Positions 12,426 through 25,050 of a DNA stretch of 64,000 nt are shown here, one piece after another (the stretch's first letter is position 1; each line of letters starts with the position of its first letter). Location of the stretch: positions 32,674,001-32,738,000 of the forward strand of contig OZ038378.1 in NCBI GenBank assembly GCA_964036045.1, read 5' to 3'. Position numbers and translations under genes: made by a program. The DNA is from Eutreptiella sp. 'Long Island Sound 2002' (Eukaryota > Protista > Euglenida). The notes below the pieces were generated by a model. It had not been told where the DNA came from, searched no databases, and worked only from the letters and a program-made list of their open reading frames with translations.

Positions 12426-12774
12426 CTTGTTGATCTTTTTGGGCTCTTGGAAATCTTCAAGGCACGTGTGCAGCTTACTGATGGAGTGCGCAAGGCGCAA
12501 GGCTTGCGAACTGGTCAAGGTACTGAGGGCGGCCACTTCGCCAAAGTGACCCTGCTCTCCTAAGAAATACAGGGCCCAACTCGCAGAGCTGCGGGCGCAC
12601 AGGCCATAGGCTTCGGTGAAGCCAGTCCTGCCACCGAACTCTTGGAACTTGTAATATTCCCGCTCGATTTGGTTCTTGCGGTTCGTCGGGTTGTTGACCA
12701 CTGCGCTATGTGCCAGCTGCTTGCGCAGGCTGCTAGGGGCTCCCACCATGGCCTTGGGGGCTTTCATGACGTAC
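12426..12774 (-). CDS. Exon 2 of the PKDCC/POMK-like kinase (beta3 Lys, alphaC Glu, subdomains IV-VIa)
   Basis: Acceptor gaccag|G joins exon 1 in frame to give GTR-YVMK; then NQIEREYYKF (alphaC), TEAYGLC, ALRLAHSISKLHTCL. Putative donor AAG|GT at 12425. Confidence 0.7.
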
Positions 12775-14180
12775 CTGGTCAAAGTGTGCACACCCGTGTG
12801 TGGAATGCTGCACAACAAACAGAATGCTACTTGTGCTGAACAAACCCCACCCGAGGCTTGTGGCAAGCCTGAGGTTCGTGGTGAGCCAACCTTTCACCAC
12901 TGTGCCTCCATCAACCAGTAGCACCTCAAGTGCTGCTGGTGTTTCCTTCCATACTAACACATTCACACACACGTGCACGTGCATATGGATATGCCATATC
13001 TGCCTACTGAACGCAAACAAATGCATGCATGCCCGCGGGGCCGTGCATGAGCATGCACCCACACACAATTAGAATAGCAAATCCCAAACAAAGCAGCCAA
13101 GCCACTGAGCTAGCATTTCTCCGGGGATGTTTGGGTACACTTGAGGCACCTTTCAGGGTACCGGAAGTATTGCTATGACCATGTGGTCTGTGAGTGCATA
13201 GAAACCATCTGCACTGGGCAGGAGCTTCACATGCAGTTTTGACCCTGTGTCCTGTTGTCTGTGGGGCCTTGAAGCATTTGAGCACCACATCACCGAGCGT
13301 CCAATCGATAAGTGCTGGCTATCTTACATTGTACTGCTTGTGTCTTGAACTTCGCATAAAGGACAGACTGACTGCGACTGCGATCGACTGCTTTTGACAG
13401 CAAACAGACCACGGAGGTATCGTAGTCCAGACCCCCTCCTCATGGAATCATTCGAAGACGGTGGGGGAAAGGTGTGGAGGAGGTCTGGGACAACAAACTT
13501 TGTGACCTGAAAATGGCCCAGAACAAATATTCCTTTGGAAAATTTCATTTGCCCCACAATATTTTTGGGGCTGGGGGCCGGTTGGTCAAGGGGGTGGTGG
13601 GGATGGGTTATTCCATCAGCAGTTTGCCTTTCTAATAATTCGCTACCACAGTCCATCCTCAGGGAGGGGCCATTCATGTGCTGTGCTACTTAATGTATGG
13701 CAGCTATAGACGCATCTGCTTTTGGCAGGTGCACCAAGTGGGGCAGGGCAGCGCGTGGCATACCCTAGAGGTCCCCCCACATGCTCAGGGTACAACCTCC
13801 AGCAGAGTACCTCTGTATGGAAACACTCCAGGGGCATGGCATGAACTCCCCCGAAGCCCCCCCCCAAAAAAAGTGACAAGGGTACAGGGGGTTCAGACAT
13901 CTGATATCATGCATTGGGGTATGCTACCCGAATGACCCCAAAAGGGGGGGTCATTCGCGCGCTTGCGCTTGATCTAACAACCTCTCTTCGAGGTGACTTC
14001 CACACCCACAAGGGAATGTGTGGCTCTGCAGGCTGCAATTGTGGGGCATCCACGCATGGCTCATGTGCGCAGGTCGTGTTGCAGATTTTCCCCCACAAGG
14101 GTGTGTGTGCGTAGTATCCAACCCCAAATTCATCTATTGGCAGAAGAACTGGCCTGCAAAGGGGAAAAAGGTGCCCATAC

Positions 14181-14737
14181 CTCGTGCCAAGGAGCTCCAC
14201 CACACTCACCTGCTTGAAAGCTCCTGGCCTCAAGTGCTTGACAACGGTGACATTGGAGAGCAGACTGCAATCAAAGAACTGTTGCGCACGCGGCTTCGTG
14301 CAATTGCACAAGGAAACACCGGTGGCAGGGATCGATGGAGGACTTTGAGGCAGCATCCCAAGGCCAGCAGAAATTGCGGAGGGGTCTGTAAGTGGCACCG
14401 GACTTTGGGATTGCCTATGAGGAATTCTTCCAACCACGGAAGAAGAGTCACTCACGGAATGCAAACCCATGTTTTGAGTACCGTTTGTAAAATTGCCCGC
14501 ATCATTGTGCTCCTTACTCACCACATCTTCAGCACTGTGTCCGGGAGCTCCGTGTAGCTTTTCCACACCGCACTTGCCCTCCTCGAATCCCGCTGGATCA
14601 GAAAACTCACAACGCGGATAAGGCTTGATTGCAGCCTCATGGGACAACTCCCTTGATCCCCAATGTCCAAGGCACGCCACAACGACAAAGCCAATGGCAC
14701 ATGTCAAGGGACAAAGTTTTTGGGAGAGAGGCATCAT
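14181..14737 (-). CDS. Exon 1 of a PKDCC/POMK-like secretory-pathway protein kinase (N-terminal hydrophobic anchor, stem, start of N-lobe)
   Basis: MMPLSQKLCPLTCAIGFVVVACLGHW anchor; FDCSLLSNVTVVKHLRPGAFKQVSVVELLGTR; phase-2 donor AG|GTATGG at 14180. Confidence 0.7.
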
Positions 14738-16909
14738 CACCAATCATGTTAAGTTTGGAATTACAAGACAAAAATCTGATGGACAGATAAAAGCCTGAAA
14801 AGCTTTTACACAGTTTCTATGAGATCTCACTGCAGTTACCTGAATTTCACCCTGTAAACCCCGGACAATACAATGGCAGCTCAGTGGTCACTCCATACTT
14901 TTGTTTGGTGCTTTAAACAGGTAGGGACAGCTCAAATCGTGCAGCAGATGAAATGTGTCTGTCTGCCTGCCCCGTGAAGTGACAAGGTGGACTGCTTAAA
15001 TCACAATGCAAAAATACGACGCTGCAAGCTTGTTTGTTGAGTGGGCTGACCAGTACGGGTTCCCATGCTGCCGACTCACAAAAGAGCTTACAACTCCGTG
15101 GACACGGTGGTCAGCCGCTGCCAGGGATGGGAAATACAGTGGATCAAAACCATCTCATCCAATGCACAAACTGTGGGCATTGTCTGTCGCATCATTCATA
15201 AACAATTGTGAACCAACGACTCTGGTGGCATGAAACAATTCAAGGGCTCTGTTAGCCAACGGATGGAAAAAGCTGCGCGGTGCATGCACAGTGTGCGCAT
15301 GTCTTTGCTTTCTCAGGGCAGTCTTGCACTTGTATCAGGTTCCATGTCACCGTTCTGACAATGGCAGTGCATGCCGTTGCCCCCGAAAAAACCGCAAATA
15401 TGAAAATCCACCACTTTACTACCTCTGTTTCCAAGCAATCAAACAAACAAATTCTTTGCAGAAAGCTTCTCTGGGGATCCCTGATGGCAAGGAAGTATAC
15501 AATAAGGGGCCAGGGGTATCATATTGTGGAGGGCATCTGCCTATTAAGTATCAAATCGTGCAGGGCAGCTGCCTATGAAGGGCCAAGATGTCCTTGCGCA
15601 AGGGTCAGGGAGTCGCTCAGCCCTGCGCAATTCACCCCCTGTCCTAACTCCCTGGTGTGGCAGTACCAACTACACTACTGCAGCATAGGAACAATGTGAC
15701 AGCGTTCGGTGAGGGTCACTGGGCATGCCAAGTTCTTAGTTGGGCTTTACATTTTGGTCCCATGAACATTTCCTGGGTTCTTTTGGGTACACTCAATGAC
15801 AGGTTCAGTGCCCAAAACTAAAAAACATGTGTGAAGCAAGTTCTTCGCGTCCTACACATGTCATATATGGCTTATCACATGTACACAAGCTGGCATTTTG
15901 TTTGGGGACGTCAATGAGGAAGGTCGCATCTCGCACACACACCCTCCCCGCTAGGTCATGGCAAAAGTTGCCAACTGGCAGCTTACTGCTCGTTCCCCCA
16001 GATGCCGCCACCGCTCTCAGCCTCCATGACACTTCACTTGTCCTCATGCAATCCCCAGTGCCTGTTGGATGGACTTTCTACAAAGCCAGATATGCCCGGC
16101 CCCATGTCCAACCTGGGCACAATGCGCATGGTAAACAGAGTCAATGAGTTGGGAATCAAATCAACCTGAGAATGAGTGTCTAGGCGAGTAAGCAGGCTGA
16201 AAATCTGCACAAATCTTAACAGATTATGAGATTAGAGGAAAGGGAGCGTGGGATATCATCGAAACCGGCGGCCTATTTCCTGTCACACCCAAGGCAATGC
16301 AAAAAGGCCGTGGGAGGGAAGAAAGTAATTACGCATCCTTGGGGAGACTTGGCAGGATGAGCCTTAGCACCTCTTTCTCATCTCATGGGGGTCACCAGCG
16401 AAGTGTTTGAGTTCATGCACCAAGTGGTCAGTGTTCGGCTGTGGTGAGGGCTCCCCCTTTAGCCGTATTTTCTCCTCGTTCAGGATATTGCTGGAGCCCC
16501 CAATCGTTCCACGGCCGCTCTGTGCAATTTTGCAACTAAGCTCGAACAGCATCTTCACATGATCGGGTTGCCGTGGTTAGTTAATCCTTGTAATTGGGAT
16601 CCGGGGACGACCACTTTGGAGGCTGCTGCATGTGAAGTTTCTGATTTTCATTGATAGAGTGTATGATGGCTGCCACTTATTGCAGCAAGAGTTGGGCCCT
16701 AGCACAAGGACTGTGCTGGAGAGCAGTCCATGAGGATGCCCTGCGAGATTTTATGGAGCTAGTCGGTATCTTAATAACACATAGTGGTACCACTGCGTTG
16801 TTCCTTGGAATCCTTGAGCTAGTCATACTTTCGCCGGCGGCTGAGCCGTGCAGTGTTTGTGTGTGTTGCCATTTGTCCTAAATGCCAAAGGCGCCACCAC
16901 AGTGGGTGC

Positions 16910-16910
16910 A

Positions 16911-16941
<31 letters not shown>

Positions 16942-17010
16942 GTCTCCATGTGTGTGTCTGCGCATGCGAGCGCCAAGTATGTGTGCAGTGGGTTTGTGTG
17001 TGTGCGTGTA
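16910..17010. repeat. (CT)n followed by (GT)n-like microsatellite
   Basis: tctctctctctctctctctttctctctctctgtc then gtgtgtgtgcgtgtatgtgtg. Confidence 0.85.
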
Positions 17011-17794
17011 TGTGTGCGAGGCAGGGCGGCTCTAGGCGTTGTGCTGGTTAGATTTGTTGGGGTAATCCCTAGGATGGCTCAATGGGGCATGATGTCATTT
17101 TTCGCTGCACGTGGTACTCCTGTTGTATGTGGACTAGGGTGTGGTAGGGGTAAACGTTGCTTGGGTTGACCCGCAAGGCAGATGCAATTTGTGGAGCAAT
17201 GCTCTTGCTTGGTGCCCCAAGAATTTTCCAGCAACACAATAACCTAGGATCTCAACATTTGTAGGGGCCCTGCATCTAGCAACCGATCATTCTGACTTTG
17301 GGGGGGGTTTAGGTTACAGACCATTCTGAATTTCCATTGGGCTACAACAGCCAAGTAGCACAGGTGTGTGTCCAAGGAACTAACCATACATACCAACATC
17401 AAGCCAGTGTCTAGTGTGCACCCCACCAGTCCCAAATGTGTGACACATAGCTCACCGCCACATGCAATGGTCCAGAAAGTTAGCCACCTTCGAGGTGAGT
17501 TTAACGTGCCAACCGAGGTCCACACAAATGAACATGTGTAATCCTCCATCTCTCCTTGGGCCTATGATAGCCCGAAAGGTGACTGCCCACCTAATTGCAA
17601 AAAAAAAAAAGCCTGCAAAAAAAGTTCTTATACCCACCTAAACAATGTGTCCTTGAAGCATCCACATGCGTGAATCAGTTGCATTGTGGTAAGTACTGTG
17701 AAAAACGTAACTCATGTACAAAAAAATGTCAAGTCATGTAACCTTTTTTGCCGTAAAGTCATGTATTATTTTTTGCGGTAAGTGTAATGATGCA

Positions 17795-19735
17795 AAACCT
17801 TGCAGAGGGTCATTGTGTCGTCTTATGCCCCCTACCGAGTGTAATAGACCCCATGGGTTGACCTTTCGGAGTGTCTACACCTGCCTGAGGGTCAACAAGT
17901 GGCCTGATACCACTTTTAGACGAGACTAGATCCAACGTGTTGTTTGGAGGGCATTGAACCTCCAAAGGGTCATCGCCCAGCCTTACACCCCTTGTAGAGG
18001 GGGGTAGACCCCATGTGTTGCCCCTCTAGAGGGTCTAAACCCTCTAAGGGGGCATTGCAAGGCCTTGCGGCCCCTTTGAAAGGCATTAGACCACAAGTGT
18101 TGACCCTTTGGAGGGTTACGCCCTTCAAAGGGCCATTATGTGGCATGATACTCCTTGTAGAGGGGAGTAGATCCCACGCGGTGGCCCTTTGGAGACCCTC
18201 CAAAAGGGTAATTGTGCGGCTTGAACCCCTCATAGAGGGGAAAAGACCCGATGCATTGACCCTTTGGAGGGTCTAGACCCTTCGGAGCGTCATCACGCGG
18301 CCTTATACTCCTTGTAAAGGGGAGTAGACGCGATGCATTGACCCTTTGGAGGGTCTAGACCTTCCAAGGATTCATTGCCTTGTTGTTTCCCCCTCATAGA
18401 GGGGAGTAGTCCCCACGTGTTGACCCTTTGGAGGGTCAAGACCCTCCGCGTATCGTGTGGCCTTTTACCCCTTGTAGAGGGGGGTAGACCCCATGTGTAG
18501 ACCAGCCAAAAGGTCATTGCAACGCCTAGCCGCCCCTTTGAAGGGCAATAGACCCCACATGTTGACGCTTTGGAGAGTTAGACCGTTCAAAGGGCCATTA
18601 TGTGGTGCTATACCCCTTGTAGAGGGGAGTAGAGCCCACACGGTGGCCCTTTGGAAATTGTAGGACCCTCCAAAAGGGTAATTGTGCAACCTTGTACCCC
18701 GAGTAGAGGGCCTTTGGACGGTCTTGACCCTCCAAAGGGTCAACACGTGGGGACTATTCCCCTCTAGGAGGAGTATAAAGCGAGGGAATGAATATTTCGA
18801 AGGTCTAGACCCTCCAAAGGCTCAATGTATTGGGTCTACTCTCCTATAGAAGGTATAAAGCCACGTGATGACCCTTTGGAGAGTCTAGACCCTGCAAAGG
18901 GTCAATGCATGGGGTCCACTCCACCTTGTAGAGGGGGGTGTAGCCCACACATTGAACCACTTGGAGTTTCTCGACGCTAAGGGTAATTGTGTGACCCTCT
19001 ACCCCTTCCACAAAAGAGTAAAACCCATACTCTCACCCTTTGGAGGCCAATTGAATGGGATTAGACCTCACATGTTGACCCTTTGGAGGGTCTTGACACT
19101 TGAGAGGGGCATCACGTGGTGTAAGAGCCCTTGTAGAGGGGAGTAGACCCCACACACTTACTCTTTGGAAGGCCTAGACCCTCCAAAGGGGCATTGCGTG
19201 GCCTTGCGGGCCCCGTGAAGGGCAATAGACCCCGCACAGTGACCCTTTGAAACAATATACACCCTCCTCATGGTCAACGCTTGGGTTTATACCCCCTTGT
19301 ACAGGGGAGTGGACCCCACAAGTTGAACCTTTGGAGGGTGCAGACCCTCCCAAGGGTGATTGTGCGGCCTCGCGGCCCATTTGAAGGGTAGTAAGCCCCA
19401 TGCCTTGACCCTTTGGACGGTTTGGACACAGGAGAGGGTCATTTGGTGGCCGCATACCTGGTGTGAAGGAAGACCCAATGCGTTGACCCGTCGGAGATTG
19501 TAGACCCTCCAAACTTTGGAGGTTCTAGACCCTCCAAAGGGTCATTGCACAGCAACATACCCCTTGTAGAAGAAGTAGACCCCATACGTTGACTCCTTGG
19601 AGGCTCTTAGCCCTCCAAAGAGTAAACACGTGGCCTTATACCCCTTGTAGAGGGGAGAACTTCCCAGGCGTTGCTTCTTGAGAGGGTTTGGACCCTCCAA
19701 AGGGTCATCGCGTGGCCGTACCCCTTGTATAGGGG
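17795..19735. repeat. ~82-bp satellite whose unit contains a ~34-bp palindrome
   Basis: GACCCTTT recurs at 18258 and 18340 (period 82). Consensus arm GACCCTTTGGAGGGTCTAGACCCTCCAAAGGGTC is self-complementary; a second stem is TACCCCTTGTAGAGGGGAGTA. About 23 diverged units. Confidence 0.92.
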
Positions 19736-20224
19736 TGCGGAATTCCATGCCTTGCATTTTGATTTGGGGGGCCGACCTTAAGGCACACGGGCCACCTGGG
19801 GAGGAGCACGATGGCTTGCCTGACGAGTCTCCGTATTGGCCAGTCATGCCATGTGAGATGCACACCCCGGACCCTTGACGGACCCTTCAAGCGCCCTTGA
19901 CCGTGGGGGGGTGCCAAGGCAACTCTCTGCTTAGCACACGGAGCGCTCTTGGATCCACCCTGAAGCCCTACCCTAGCAACCGTTGCCGGGGCATTGTGCC
20001 ACCCGGGGGTAACCAGGCTTGCAATCACAGGGAGGGGGTCCATAGAGCCCCCTTGCTAGACCCCCCCCCAAAAGGCTCAATTGACCGGACCCCCCAAAAC
20101 CACCCTCGGGACCTTCGTGGTTCAAATGGCGGTGGTATTTGTGTTTAAGGACACTTGGTCCCCGGTCCAATCCGTCTACACATGTGTAGCACCCCACCAA
20201 GGCCTTCCACGAGAACCACATGAC

Positions 20225-21600
20225 CTAGTCAGCGTCATACTTACAGTCAGAGTCGGAGTCGGAGTTAGAGTCAGGGTCAAAGACAGAGTCAAAGTCACAT
20301 TCAGAGACAGAATCAAAGTCAGAGGAAGAGCCAAAGTCAAAGTTGGAGCTTGAGGTGGAGTTGGAGTTGAAGGTAGAACTAGAGGTAGTAGATGCCTCCG
20401 TTGAAGCCCTTGAAGGAGTATAGTCAGGGTTAGCTAAGCGGCTGCCTGGACTACTCCGTGTAGAGACACACTCTGGGCACAACGAGCAACAATCAAGAAC
20501 CTCGTGCAAGGGTGGAGTCAGGCACAACTGGTGCCATCCAAATGTGGTAGAATGTGTACCCCCCCCCCCTTGCAAACACCCTGGTTAGCGCGCGCGGTGG
20601 TCTCCCGGGTGGAGGGGGGGTCGCCAAGTGACGGTCTCCGGGGGGATTGCAAGGGTATTTCAAGGCAAAATGTGGTACCCTCCACTTATGCAAGCAAAGA
20701 GAACATGTGTGAAGCGACTTTTGGGTTGATGCAGTGCCAATGTGTTTCATCCAACACAATTATTGAGGATCCAAAGGGACGGTAAAGAACCTCTGGGTAC
20801 GAGAATAACACACTTTGAATTGTTGCACATGCTCAATTTGCATGAAGGGCACGGGGTGTGTTGCATTGGCTGATGAGGAGGAGGCAATGGCGCGCGGGGC
20901 TGGTTTGGTAGCCGCTTTAGCACCCGCTTGCACAGCCAGACCAGTCCGTTTGGCGGCTGGCTTTGCTCTTGGCTGGGGGGCAGCCTTTGCTCTTGCCTTG
21001 GGGGCAGCCACCAACTTCTTTGGAGGCACCGAATGTGGTAAAATTGTGGCCCATTTGGTGAAGGGCCCACAACAGTGGCCAACACATGTGCACCAAGTGT
21101 GCGTGAGTGGTACCGTGCATGGTCACCGGGAGAAAACATCTTGGGTCTGAAGTTGCAACACAACACACCCATACAACGCCTTTGGTGAGAGAATATCACA
21201 GAACACACACAAGTGCTTGATTTGAAGTAATGGGAAAGCAACGCAAGGCCATGCGTAAAGCAGATGGGCAACACAAACCAGCACAATACATGGTAACTAG
21301 AAAACATGGAAGTGACGGGCTCCCGGGGGGGGTGGGAGATTGCAAGGGGTGGGAGTTTGCAAAGGGGGGGGGGTGCCTTAACAAATGAGGATATCATTGC
21401 CCTCGGATGCATCACCACTAAGGCAATGAACACAAACAATATCTTCATCTTCACCTTCGTCCTCATCAGCCATGGGTTCCTCAGGCACGGATACACTGTC
21501 CGTAGGACGACCTATATACGTAAGAAGCGAATCGGCGTGGTTGTGCGCGCGTTGCGTGGTTGCGTGGGGTCCAAAAAAAGATACTCCCCATACATGGGGC
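20225..21600 (-). pseudogene. PHD-finger protein with acidic N-segment and Ser/Asp-rich tail, split by an insertion
   Basis: Removing 20559-21373 plus one TSD copy gives in-frame CVHCLSGDASEGNDILIC*GTHSTTFGWHQLCLTPPLHEVLDCCSLCPEC, then SSSDFDSVSECDFDS...DSDSDC to the stop at 20225. Confidence 0.8.
20559..21373. mobile_element. 815-bp TIR element (CCC termini, probable 2-bp TSD TA/TG) carrying captured coding fragments
   Basis: Left end C11-TTGCAAAC; right end GTTTGCAAA-G10. Flanks TA (20557-58) and TG (21374-75). Excision restores the PHD frame. Confidence 0.78.
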
Positions 21601-21699
21601 CTATTGATTTTTTTTATCTCCCACCTCCCACAAAGAAAATTGTCCACTGCCCAATGCCCACTGAAACCTACCACTGGCACTATTTTTCGATGTGCTACA

Positions 21700-22510
21700 C
21701 ACATTCTGTCACATTGCACCGCTGACTCACAGTCATGCTATACCCCTTGCATAGCGTGACGCTGCAAAGCGGAACACTGCCACCCTATGCAGTGGGCGGA
21801 TTGTTACACAGTGCAAGAAGCGCGTTGTCACGCTGCACCGATGGCTCGCTGCAACGCCGCGCTATAGGCACAGTGTGGCGTTGTGCGGCTACAACTCTAT
21901 CCTGCCTTGAAGCAAGTCAACTACCATGCAATGCTACTACCACTCTGTGATGCTATGTAGCACGCACTCCATCGCACATGACTCACTCTCACGGAGTGCT
22001 ACCGGCACGTTGTGACTCTATGCAGCACGTCAATTGCCACACCGTGCAGCAAGCACACTGTCATGCAACTAGCACTCCGTCACAGCACACCTCTACTGTC
22101 TGACGCTGAGCGGCACACACTCGGTGTCACTGCAACAGGCACTTTTCCGGGGTGTGCAGTTAGCAAACTGCCTAGCTGTGCTGCAGTCCAATTCTCACGC
22201 AGTGCTACAAGCAATGTGTCAACGTGTGCAACAAGCACACAGTCACGCTATGCTGCAGCAAGGTGCAACAATGTGCAGCACATTCACTGTCACGTTGTTG
22301 AGCTAGGAGTCGACATTGTGCAGCAGGCACGTTGTGACACTATGCAACTAGCACCCTTACACATTGTGCCGCTACCTCGTTGCCGAGTGCTCCGATTGCT
22401 GAATTGTGACGCTATCTAGCAGGCACACTACCACGGTGTGCCATAGGCAGAGCATCACACATTGCAACATATGCAGCACGCACTCCGTGACACTGTGCAA
22501 CTAGAACAAT
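21700..22510. repeat. Degenerate low-complexity repeat region (tgtgacactgtgcaactagcac-like motifs)
   Basis: tgcaactag[c/a]ac recurs at ~22064, ~22343 and ~22496; unit length not resolved. Confidence 0.45.
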
Positions 22511-23629
22511 GTCACGCTGATTGGCACCCTGGGCCCTCGATGGACCCCTTGCAGCAGCTTGGGTCCCGGGGCAGTGCCTACGGCATAGTCCACTTTGCAT
22601 ACAGAGCACTCTCACCACAACACCGAGGACCCAGCCCAGGCCCTGCTCTAGGGGAGCTGGGCCACCCGGACCTTGCCGCCTCTCTTAATGCGACCCCTTG
22701 CCCATCCGGCACCCTACCTGTGCCCCTGCCTGAACACCACCCACGACACAGGAGGGGGGGGGGGGCTGCACACACCACCCCTGCACATACACTAGCACAA
22801 GGGGGAGGGACAAGTTCCCGGGCCTTGTGCATTTCAGCAGGGGCGGGGAAACATACTCCCCACCCCTATGCACACCCGCTCTAGACAGAGGGGGCGAATC
22901 CCCCTCTCAATGCGCATTTGCACAAGGCAAAGGGAACTAGTGTCTTCCTCGCTGTCAGAGGGGAATAAGGTAAGAGCCTTCATCGCCCATGGAGGGGGAC
23001 ATTGCAAGAGCCTTCCTCGTCAACAAAGGGGAATAGCATTAGAGCCTTCCTCGCCGCGGGAGGGGACTAAGGTAAGAGCCTTCCTCGCCGATGGAGGGGA
23101 ATAAGGTGAGGTAGAGAGTCCCTGACGGCAGACGCCAAACGATGCGGGCATAAAGCAGAACTGGCCAGCACATCGGCGGTCGTTAGGGTATGGTTTCCGT
23201 CAGTGCAAATGCCCGAGTCGTTGTCACCGTGACCTCTCTACACCAGCTGCGCTAGTCACTGACACTCTGACCACCAAAGTAACCGTCTCTGTGACTTGTG
23301 ACTGCAACTGTTACTGCCCAGGAGAGTGTGACTGGCACTGACACTGCGACTATCACTGTAGTCTTTGCCTTAGGAGGGAAGGCCCTGATAGCCAGCGATG
23401 CGGGCGTACTGCAACGCCGGCCAGCACATCAGCGGTCATCACGTAATGGACACTATGACAACGGGTGGCCCAGCCGTTGTCGCCGTGAGCCCCCAAACCT
23501 GCAGCGACACGCACTGCCACCGTGACCGTCTCTATGCACTGTCACTGTGACCGCCTCTGTGACCATCTCTGTGACTTGAACTGTTACCGTCTGTTACCTT
23601 CTCTGCGACTGTGACCAGCATAAGCTGCC

Positions 23630-25050
23630 CTCCTCTATCCACACCAAACAGAGTGGAGGGGCAGGTTCCCCGCCATTGTGCGCTGCAAGAGAGGGTGGAG
23701 GGATAGGCTCCTTGCCCCTGCGCACAGCAGGACAAGGCGGAGGGACAGGTCCCCCCCCCCCTTTTTTTGGAGAATATGGCACTGCTAAGTCCAGTTCCAG
23801 TTCTATTAACACAATGCTATTTAAAAAAAGGCTGCTTAGGCATCTTGCTAACAGGGACAGGTTCCCCTCCCCTGTGCAAAGCACACAGGGCGGAGGTGCA
23901 AATTCCCCCCCCCGTGCACACTAGTGCAGAGCACGGATGCACTCCGGCACTCCGGGGAGCTGGGGGTGGAGGTGGTGGAGGGGGATGATGACGATAATGC
24001 CCGCTCGCTCGGTTGTCTCCTGTGCGAGCGGTGCGTCCAAGGGCTCCAGGACGAAGGGCCCAGGCCGGCCCCGCAAGGCGCAGAAGACCGGCACCCCCGC
24101 CCCCAACTCTCCCCGGTCTCCCCGCCACCCAAGCGGAGGGAGAAAATCTCCGCATCTCTACAAGGTCCTCGCCCCTGTGTGCATCAACATATGGCGGATG
24201 GACAAGGTGCCCACTCCTATGCACATCAGCACAGGGCAGAGGGACAGATTCCCCGCCCCCATGTACATCAGCACAAGGCATAGGGAAAGGTTCTACGCCC
24301 TTGTGCACTCCAACACTGGTCGGATGGAAAGAGAATCCGCCCCTAGGCACATCAGTACAGGACAGGGTGGAGGGACATGGTGGCCGCCCCTGTGCACTCC
24401 AGCACAGGGCGGTAGGACAGGTTCCCCGCCCATGCACACACCAGCACAGGGTGGAGGGACAGGGTCACCGCCCCTGTGCACACCTGGTCAGGGCGGAGGG
24501 ACTCGTTCCCGCCCCCATGCACGCACAGGGGGGGGGGGTCGCTTGTGGTGTGGCCAGGGTGAGCCTTCAGCCGCGGGCAGCCATCCTGTACAGGGTCCCA
24601 GCGACTCTCGGGGGAGGGGGGGGCTTGCTTCACGACCCACAGCCGGACCCATCCCCAGCCACTGTGGGAGGGGAAGGGGGGGGGGGGGGGTGGATACCGG
24701 AGGATTAGGCTCCCCATCCCTGTGCTCACCAACACAGGGCGGAGGGACAAGTTTCCCGCCCTCGTGCACACCAGCACAGGGCGGAGAAACAAGTTCCCTG
24801 CCCCTGCGCACTGCAGCACAGGGCGGAGGGACAGGTCCCCCACCCCTGTGCATACCACCACAGGGCGGAAGGACAGGTTCCCTACCCCTGTGCACACCAG
24901 CGCAGGGCGGAGGGACAAGGTGCCGCCCCCACTCACTCCTGCACAAGGCGGAAGAACAGGCTCCCTGCCCCTGCGCACTCCAGCATAGGGCGGGGGAACA
25001 GGGCTCCCGCCCCTGTATGCACCAACACAAGACGGAGGGAAAGGGTTCCC
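23630..25050. repeat. 42-bp minisatellite with internal hairpin CCCTGTGC-n6-GCACAGGG (outlier copies at ~22780-22920)
   Basis: cacaggg recurs at 24733, 24775 and 24817 (period 42). Interrupted by unique segments at ~23940-24190 and ~24520-24700. Confidence 0.9.

Noticed and set aside
13324-13420. FAVKSSRS segment as kinase exon 2
   Set aside because: No AG acceptor in the right phase; the exon at 12774 splices canonically and supplies YVMK plus alphaC.
15006-16560. Short protein-like ORFs upstream of the kinase
   Set aside because: No motif or consistent splicing could be established.
17970-19865. ORFs with LTLWRV / GLDPPKG repeats
   Set aside because: Translations of the 82-bp palindromic satellite.
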